A stretch of DNA of 60,964 nt, the filler included, from Dugesia japonica (lineage: Eukaryota): assembly GCA_001938525.1 (NCBI GenBank). It is 6 parts of 6 records of this genome, joined end to end, with 100 filler letters (N's around TTAATTAATTAA, not from the genome) between each part and the next. Parts side by side here need not be neighbours in the genome. Positions count along the whole stretch, not along the records: positions 50,398 to 60,964 come from MQRL01634507.1; 5 more parts are not named here. The stretch is one strand, 5' to 3'. The position numbers were made by a program, and so were the translations under genes. Positions 53,056-60,964 of this stretch are shown piece by piece; positions within the stretch are counted from its first letter, which is position 1, and the number at the start of each line of letters is the position of its first letter. The notes below the pieces were generated by a model. The model saw only the letters and a list, made by a program, of their open reading frames with translations. It ran no database searches and had not been told where the DNA came from.

Positions 53056-53165
53056 TTAAGAAACGAAATAAACTTGTTGTCAGTGACTTGATTGACTTTA
53101 CCATTATTTATATCTTCACATTTCAATTTGAATTTTTATTTTTTATTTCCTTCATTTAATTTTAG

Positions 53166-53465
53166 TGAATTTCATCTGGGAAAGTGTGGAATAGGCGTAC
53201 TCGAATGATGATTTTTCGACGCCATGTGAACCCCCACAATATGGATGCTGGCATTTTAGCAGATCGCACGAACTTGCCGCCAGTACTACCAAAATTGGAA
53301 TGGTCCCCAGAGTCTAGTAACCCAGTTTACATATAGGACTCCTGCCCCAACCCCGGCGGTAAGTGCGTTTATCACAAATCTACTTTGGGGCATCAGGGAA
53401 CCGACTTCCAATGAAGATGCCGATAATACAGCACCCGCAGCAAATGTCGAGAACTGATTCTGTGA
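53166..53465 (+). pseudogene. Orphan cassette copy 2, ORF-B
   Basis: ttag|TG AAT TTC ATC TGG; RRTRMMIFRRHVNPHNMDAGILADRTNL/...YYQNWNGPQ...PAVSAFITNLLWGIREP; frameshifted. Confidence 0.65.
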
Positions 53466-53710
53466 TTACATTTTGTTTTGTTTTTATAATAAATGTCTTA
53501 GCATATACCCTTTAAAGAAATTTATTCTACCTTTCTTAAGCATTTGATTTTATTCGTAATCACATTCATACGTGATATTAATAGTAATGACTTTGTGGTG
53601 TTACCCTTATAATTTCTGATTTGTTAAATAACGTAGCATCGTTGAGAAAATACATTCCCCCCTTATTTTCCCCTATAGTCATTGATTTAATATAACATTA
53701 AATTATTCAG

Positions 53711-54059
53711 TGCATTCATCCCTGAATCGATCGGTGGCTCTCACGAAAAAGATTCGAAAACAGTGAGGACATAGAAATGTCCTGGCATCTTTATAAATTA
53801 GCGAAGCGAAAATAGGAGGCCGAAATAGCCGCAGCAAATGCCAAGGTAAAGCAGTATCGGAGTAGAAGCAGAGGCCTCCCATGCTCAGGAACGCGCCTGG
53901 AAATACCAGGCAGAATATTTTGCTGATATCATCTGGTCCCTCTATGACCATGAGCATGAACTGGTAACCGACGTGCTTGAGTTAAGGAAAAGTATCCCAC
54001 TGGAACCGTTAATGATTGAGAAGGCCACACAATTATGCCTTACAGTGAGTGGCTGCTAG
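53711..54059 (+). pseudogene. Orphan cassette copy 2, ORF-C
   Basis: ttcag|TG CAT TCA; HSSLNRS...EMSWHLYKLAKRK*EAEIAAANAKVK...HAQERAWKYQ...LRKSIPLEPLMIEKATQ, aligns with 8875-9233. Confidence 0.7.
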
Positions 54060-56256
54060 TAAGTCAATGAATTAATGTAGTCCAGTAACTATCCCCAAAT
54101 CTAATACCATCATGAATCTGCTTCTGCAATTATTGATTTTCTCTCAATATCATGGAATAAAATTGGGCAATTTGCAAAGATTTAAGTATAATGCGGTTAT
54201 TGTCCTGTGATTTCCAATTATCAGTTTATGAAATTTATCTACAATGTGAATTTTGAGTTCAATAAAATATTTTTTGTTTGGTTTTATTTGTTGGGATCTA
54301 GATGATTAATATTAGTTACGATGATTAACACTTTGTTTTAATATTGTTTAGAAATTTTGTAATTTTGATGTATAATTTAATGAAGTCTGATTTTGAAAGT
54401 AACTTAACTGGTGACCACGCCGAAAATGTTAATTTATTGACACGCCAACAACGAAAATTAATTTTAGAAGCCTTGNNNNNNNNNNNNNNNNNNNNNNNNN
54501 NNNNNNNNNNNNNNNNNNNNNNNNNCAAAGATGCTTCAGAAGCAACAGTATGGCTGAAAGAAATCGAAGATATGGAGTATGATTCTAAGTTGGACTGCAT
54601 AGAAACTCGCATACAATAGCAGCAACCACAGAAAAAAGAATCACTATAAATACAAATATCTAAAAACACTAAAACACACTTAAAACTAAAAATTACTTTA
54701 CAACAATTTGGTTTAAAAACTTATTTATGGAAGAGCTATTTGAAGAAATATGTAATCAGAAGTGAACAATTCCAACAATTATCTACGAAGTAATTTACAG
54801 TTGTTTTTTGAAGTAGTCAACCAAAATCATCCACCATCGTAAACTGAGATGCCATTAAAGGAAAATAAACAAACAAATTGTTATGGAAGAAATCCGATAG
54901 TTCTAAATGATGAATTTGAATAACAAAAAGACTGAGGCAGCAAATATTTAATGAGGAAAGCGAGGGACATAATCACGAACGATGTTAATGACGAAGACAA
55001 AGAATGATTAATGATGAGATAGAAAGACAATGAGAAACGATGTTGTAACCGTTCGATGTCAGAGATGAAAATGTCTAATGGTGAAGTTGCATGACAAAGA
55101 CGAATGATGTTTAAGAACAAGGCAGATGTTCGACGACAAGTTGAGTAAAAGCTGGATGAAATAGATTTTTTGAATAAAGATGAAGTATGATGGTAAATTG
55201 AGTTCACGTGTTAGATCGATTAGCCATTTATGCTTTTGTGAGTAACGAAGAAGTGTAAGTTATAAAATAAATTGGTTCCAGGCTACTAAAAGAAATCAAA
55301 ACGATTTTGCAGATGTGGACAACTGAAAATGAGTAATTATGAAACGATTTAGAAACTAGAAGGGAGATAAATGAGCAATATAATAAATTAGATATAAAAT
55401 GTTGAAGTTTTATTTGGTGATGATCGAGGATAGCTCTTTTGTAAGAATGTTCTTCATTTAATGATAAATTGTATAAAAAGATGTAGCAACAAAGGAAGTA
55501 GAGTAATTATATTTATTATTAATTCATTTTATTTATTTCTATTTTATATTTTTGAAATCATAATAATGAATTCTTGTGAGTTTTGATTAATTGATTAGAA
55601 TTAAATATCATATGATGTTATCGTTAATAATGGATTAACTGAATTTACTTTTATCAATTTTTCTTTTTATGAATCATAATTGAAGATAGAAATTAATGAT
55701 TAATTGTGTTGATCGTGATTTAATATTGAAATTAATAAATTATACGCCAGTTATGTAGCTCTATTATTATTGATTAATAATTTTTAGTTAATAAGTCATT
55801 TATGAATTATTATTTAATAGAAATGTAAAAACCAGGCATAGTATAGCAACTTAATTTCCTATCGAAAAGGAATTTTTATTAGTCAAAATAGATTTCGTGA
55901 GATTATGTTTTATTGAAATAATAATAGATTAATGGCATTATATTGAAATGAAGAGATATGAGAGATCTTAAATTATTAAATCGGAATTTTATAAATAATT
56001 ACTACGATAATAATTCATCGATATTTTCTTAAAAAGTAGATTAAACAGACATTTTCTAAAATGAATTAAAATTAAATCGTCAGTTCATGAGAGTAACAAG
56101 GGATAAAGCTTTCGCGTCTCCTTAATCGGATAAGGGATAAGATTAAAATCTGAATAGCTGAATTAAAGTATTAAGAAACGATATAAAATGTTAAGACAAT
56201 AAAAATTTATTAGTTGTTAATATAATATACTTTTGTAACATTGTGTTAATGCAGAT

Positions 56257-56655
56257 ATGGTAAAGAAATTTTCAGTAGAGGCCACAAGATCTATACACTG
56301 CTGGATATTCACTACACCACCACCAAACAATATACCGGTACTATTTGACTCATGGGGTGAGGTCAGAACTGATAGAGATCCGTTGATGGTCAACATGGCC
56401 AAGCTAAGAAATAGGGGGACAGCAGGCCAAAACCTTCCATAATGAATATGTTATTTGGAGGAGCGGGTAGCATTTGAAAAATACCTAGCTCGACATAACC
56501 AAGCCCTGATAGACATGCTATGTCGAATCTCCAATCATTTGCGAAAACCGCCGACCATCACTGATAGAAGAACAGTCGTCGAGAGGGGTTTATTGGAGCA
56601 CAGCCACGCCAGAAAACAACTAGAGAATGGAATGTCTCGTATTTGGAAGATCTAG
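56257..56655 (+). pseudogene. Further orphan ORF of the same style (unknown function)
   Basis: tgcag|AT ATG start; the ORF-track entries 56257-56442 and 56455-56655 are in the same frame, separated by stops; higher GC than flanks. Confidence 0.4.
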
Positions 56656-57559
56656 AAGACAGTGAAGTCGTAGAAAAAACAATAGTGTAATCAAACAGAA
56701 AATAATGATAAGAATAAAAGAAACCAGTAAACATTGATCATCTAAATAAATTAAAAGCTCGGAAAATACTACGAAAAGTTAGGACTTAATTATTGTGAAA
56801 GAATTAAATAAACTCAGGAACAAGTGATTATTAAATTAAAATATAATAAAAGAGAAAATTAATAATTGAAAGTGCTCAAGAAGATGATGAACCGATTAAA
56901 GAAACCTCAAATGATAAATTCAGAAATAAAAAGTATAACAATTCAATAAATTATTGAATAAATACATTACACCAGAAATATTAAACGAAAATGAAATTGG
57001 AAATGGAATTAGTTAAATATTATTATTTATAATTATTGTGGGGGTGGAAACACCCGGAGAATGAAAAACAAGGCTGAGGGCCCAAACTATAAGATAATGA
57101 AGGAGAGGGGTTGAAAAAAAGAGTAATTAGAAATATGCACCAAATGGCTAACATTATAACAGATTTATAAATAAAAGAATAAAAATTCTGGAAGAAAGGT
57201 AAAACGACAGAAAGATAATGACAAATGAATAAATTCAACCTCAATTCTGCCTCAATAATTAAAAAAAATTACAAATTATCAAGAAGAAACAAGAAAAACG
57301 TTATTGGAAAAATAATTAATTAGTCATAAATTTTAATTAATTTTAAACAAAAAAGAAAATAAATTAAGTCAAAAAAAATCATAGAAACTTGGTGCAAGAA
57401 AATATGAAAAGAAAATGTGACAGAGCAATAGGATTTTGCAATTAGAAAACTTCATTATCATCAAGAAGACCCTTACCGAGATTTGAAAAATGGACCAATG
57501 AAGGATCAGAAAATAAAAATAAAACAAAGAACAGAAAATCACATGGTGACTTAAAAATA

Positions 57560-57750
57560 GCCACCAATGGAAGTCCAAAAAATCTGGAGAAAAATTTAAA
57601 AATTGGCACCATTACCAATCAGAAGCAAGAAATTTGAATTAAAAATAGATAGCCAATGCAGGAAGATTCGGGGTATAACCAGAATGGTATATAAACCCCC
57701 CAAATATTCTATGTTGTTAATTATTTTAATTGTCATGTAACAATAAATAT
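57560..57750 (+). promoter_or_regulatory. LTR-like promoter: three CCAAT boxes, TATA box and downstream AATAAA
   Basis: CCAAT at 57564, 57615 and 57653; TATATAAA at 57688; AATAAA at 57742. Confidence 0.45.
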
Positions 57751-58240
57751 TTTAAGGATAAATTGATTTATATTAAACAAAATCTGTATTACAATTATCA
57801 AATAAAAGAAATTAATAAGAAATATATCCTTTTATAGCAAACCACTCACCAAATTCCATCCAAAATTTACATATAAATCCAAATCATACGGGATTGACGA
57901 TCATAAGTAAATGTGAAATATAATTCCAATAATTGGAGCTAATAAGAGAGATGTTTCATTTCACTCAATAATTAAGAAATGTTTCCCCGATTTTCTATGA
58001 GTTGTAATGATAACAGATCAGATCGGCCATCTAGACACACCATAACACTTAGATGGTCTCATTTTATTACATGCATGCTCACAGGAAAATCAACACCTCT
58101 TACTAGACCTGTCAAGCTGACTCATTTTTTACTTACTCTGGTACTTACTTACTCCGAGTACTTAGTGGCCTTCCCATAAGTTTCAACATTTTAATCATAA
58201 CTATATGGGTTGATCTTAACCAGCCATCTAATTATAGATT

Positions 58241-58425
58241 ATGCAGGCAGAATAAAAAAGGCACTACGCACGATTTTGAGACAGCGTAAGACCACCAGAC
58301 GGAAACAACTGATCGGATACTTGTTGTTCCCACACTTAAAGGAACATCCCGATGAGACAGACCTACAGTGTTTTGTCGAGATGTTCCCACTGAATTTTCA
58401 GGTGGACATAGATGCCGAAAACTGA
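58241..58425 (+). pseudogene. Orphan cassette copy 3, ORF-A
   Basis: atag|att ATG CAG GCA GAA; MQAE/KKALRTILRQRKTTRRKQLIGYLLFPHLKEHPDETDLQCFVEMFPLNFQVDIDAEN. Confidence 0.65.
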
Positions 58426-58560
58426 AAATATATTAATTAATGTTTTTATAAAATAAATAATAGACCAGTTATCTTGACAGTTGAATTTCTCATTACATTA
58501 ATTGTTACATATTATTGTAAATTTCGATGTTAATGATTTGATATCACTTTATTGTTATAG

Positions 58561-58841
58561 TGGATCATAAGTGGAAAATTCTACTTGACCAAAGGACCGG
58601 TCGTACTATTTTTAAGAAATATAAAAATCCATACGATTGAAATGCCGGTGTCCTAGTAGATAGAGCAAATTTGTCGGTTGAGACTGCAGAAGAGGAAAGA
58701 GAATGAGATGCGAACGAGCGGCACGCCTACTATACCTGGAATGGGCTTGACCGCAAGCGTGCAGTGTACCATTCAATTACGACTAACCAATATGGCGCCA
58801 GCGCGGAACCACAGATCACCCGGGAATGGCATAGTTACTGA
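58561..58841 (+). pseudogene. Orphan cassette copy 3, ORF-B
   Basis: atag|TG GAT CAT AAG TGG; DQRTGRTIFKKYKNPYD*NAGVLVDRANL...ERHAYYTWNGLDR. Confidence 0.65.
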
Positions 58842-59208
58842 TAGCTCATACAATGATAATGAAATGATGTTCTTATATTTTTTTTTAAAAAAAGATTAAA
58901 ATGATGAGGCTAGTCGATGGATCAATCGTCATTCGGAGGGGGATGTAAAGAAATAATATGTGAATGTTAAAATAATTATCAAAATGAATTATAATTCAAC
59001 GAAGATTTGCTAAGGAGATAGAGAATCCAACTCTATCTACAATGACAAGTGATCGTAGATCGGTTGAGACTTACAGTAGGAGGTTAACATTCAATGCATT
59101 AATTAGATTAACCTTGAATTATAATGAGTAGATATTATTGAATATTATCAATAGTTGCATTATGAATTGCTAAATTTGATCATGAAAATTATTATTTTTG
59201 TATCTAGA

Positions 59209-59750
59209 ATGTCTTAGTCTATTACCAGAGCAGTAGCCAACAGATCATTAAAAGCTGAAAGATGTTCTTTCCCGACGAATGTTGCAAACACCATGCCAGA
59301 TATGTGGGATTCTCTTGGTAAGTTTGAAACTGATGCGAAACCATGGTGGATTGCGCAGGACCGCATCCGTCAGAAGGATCTTGATCTCCTAATGATGAGG
59401 AAATTGTTAATTCGACAGAAAAGATACTGAGACAGAAGCTAGTAATACTCGATAGCCTACAAAAGAGAGTGGAACAACATGAACATGCATATAAAAGTCG
59501 ACTCGCGGATATGATGGCCCAGCAAGAACATCGTGAAAAAGAGCTGTTCATTCGATTTACAGAGTTGGCCCAACAAATACGACTGATACAGAAATCACGC
59601 TCCACACAGATCGAAGCAGAAGAATACACTAAGATGTCTGAGCGATTAACAGCTAAAATAGAGGCTGCGCTTCAACAAGTCCTTGTACCATTAGATGGAA
59701 CTCTTGATATCCACGAAACTACTGTGATTTATGTGTTAACAGCAATATAG
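59209..59750 (+). pseudogene. Orphan cassette copy 3, extra coiled-coil ORF
   Basis: ctag|A ATG start; one early stop and a frameshift lead into the 93-aa heptad-rich ORF 59469-59750. Confidence 0.5.
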
Positions 59751-59939
59751 TTTTCGTTCAATTGTTTCTCTTGTCTTGATTTTATGTTCAACAACAATAG
59801 TATAAACTACTCGTCTGATCAGAAAGATTTAAAGAAAAATTCAATACAAAATTAGATTGATTTTGATTTAAAGTTGCTATTTGATAATAAATACATTGAG
59901 CATTATAATAACCAATATAATATTTCTTAATTATTGTAG

Positions 59940-60277
59940 TGTCTAGTGCCAGAAAGATAACCGCTGATACTTCAATAGCGGACATTCGGAAAAAGTGGGC
60001 CTCTACAAAAGAAATTGCAGCTAGAGATAGTCGAGCTACAACGAAGAACTCTGTTCTGCACGAAAAGAACACTAAGCTACAGGAAGGAGATCTTGCTCTA
60101 TCGCAGACATGTTGAGCGATGGCCGACATTATCAAGTCGTATGCAGACAGAGAGAGCATAATAATCGCGACTGTCCGAACTCTGACACAAGTATACAATT
60201 CCGAAAAAGAAGTAAAAATAAAAGAAAAAACAATTCAAAGAAGTCATCTATCTGGACTAGTGATTGGTTTTGTATAA
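59940..60277 (+). pseudogene. Orphan cassette copy 3, divergent ORF-C-like coiled-coil
   Basis: gtag|TG TCT; RKKW...IIKSYADRES versus KRRW...MIKNYQERES in copy 1, with spacing differing by one residue. Confidence 0.45.
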
Positions 60278-60964
60278 AATAAAGTTTACTTCTAAAGAGT
60301 TGTTGTGATTACCATCATATAAAATAAAGAACGCCTTTGAATTACTAAAAGCCAATGAAACCGAAATTGAAAACTACAAGACGAGATACAGCATAGTCCC
60401 GCTGAATCCGGGAACGGAGGATCGTGAAGCAGGAGAAAGCATCAGAAATTTCTATGGTTACTAGGTATAATCCCCCAGACAGAAATCACAATCAAAAGAA
60501 GGTAAATGTTAAATCTAGAGAATGCAGAAAACGAAATCAGAAAAAATAATATTCAACCAACACCAAAAAGCCTAGTAACCCAACATTATTATTATAACTA
60601 TTAATAGTATTCGTTTGCGTGATTGAAGGTTCTCTTTAAAAATTTATTTGAATGATTTGATATTACATTTTAGTAGAATCTGATTTTCATTTATTTAAAA
60701 TATTATTTATTTTTTTAATTAATTTTTATGTGATTTCATATCTCCCGTGGTCTGGTCCTAAATAAATCTAAGACAAAATGCGCAATAGGTATAATACGGA
60801 GTAACAATTAGCCTTTATATATCTGATAATTAATTGATTAATAAGTGCAAGGTTTAAAACAATTATTTTGATTTTCTCACGGACATCAATAACAACAACG
60901 TTTCGATATCAAATAGTGATGTTATTGTTCATTGGTGATAAACTAGTACAACTTTCACACCAAT

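Noticed and set aside
59222-60198. Long minus-strand ORFs 59222-59629 and 59788-60198 (also 53703-53957 and 54881-55207)
   Set aside because: Antisense shadows of plus-strand coiled-coil frames; for 53.7 and 59.9 kb the plus frame is the one conserved between copies

Overview
Very AT-rich eukaryotic (animal) genomic DNA. A planarian-type flatworm is plausible from composition, long (AAT)n tracts and a 44-nt intron, but this is inference only. The window is not contiguous: five identical 100-bp linkers (N44-TTAATTAATTAA-N44) join six probably unlinked scaffolds (1-11196, 11297-19522, 19623-28709, 28810-39425, 39526-50297, 50398-60964). Host genes are an intronless CYP2-clan P450, two exons of a receptor guanylyl cyclase, a terminal kringle exon and four EGF-repeat exons of a MEGF10/Draper-like gene. 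Mobile DNA dominates: hAT, mariner, DD41D/rosa, Merlin and Penelope remnants (the latter with minimal hammerhead ribozymes), plus a decayed Maverick/Polinton filling scaffold 5 (integrase, minor capsid, core protein, major capsid, protease, pPolB). The most novel observation is a cassette of orphan short ORFs present in three diverged copies (about 8.4-9.8 kb on minus; 52.9-54.6 kb and 58.2-60.3 kb on plus). Almost every ORF in it starts immediately after a 3' splice site, often as AG|TG, as if splicing of a shared leader builds the start codon.
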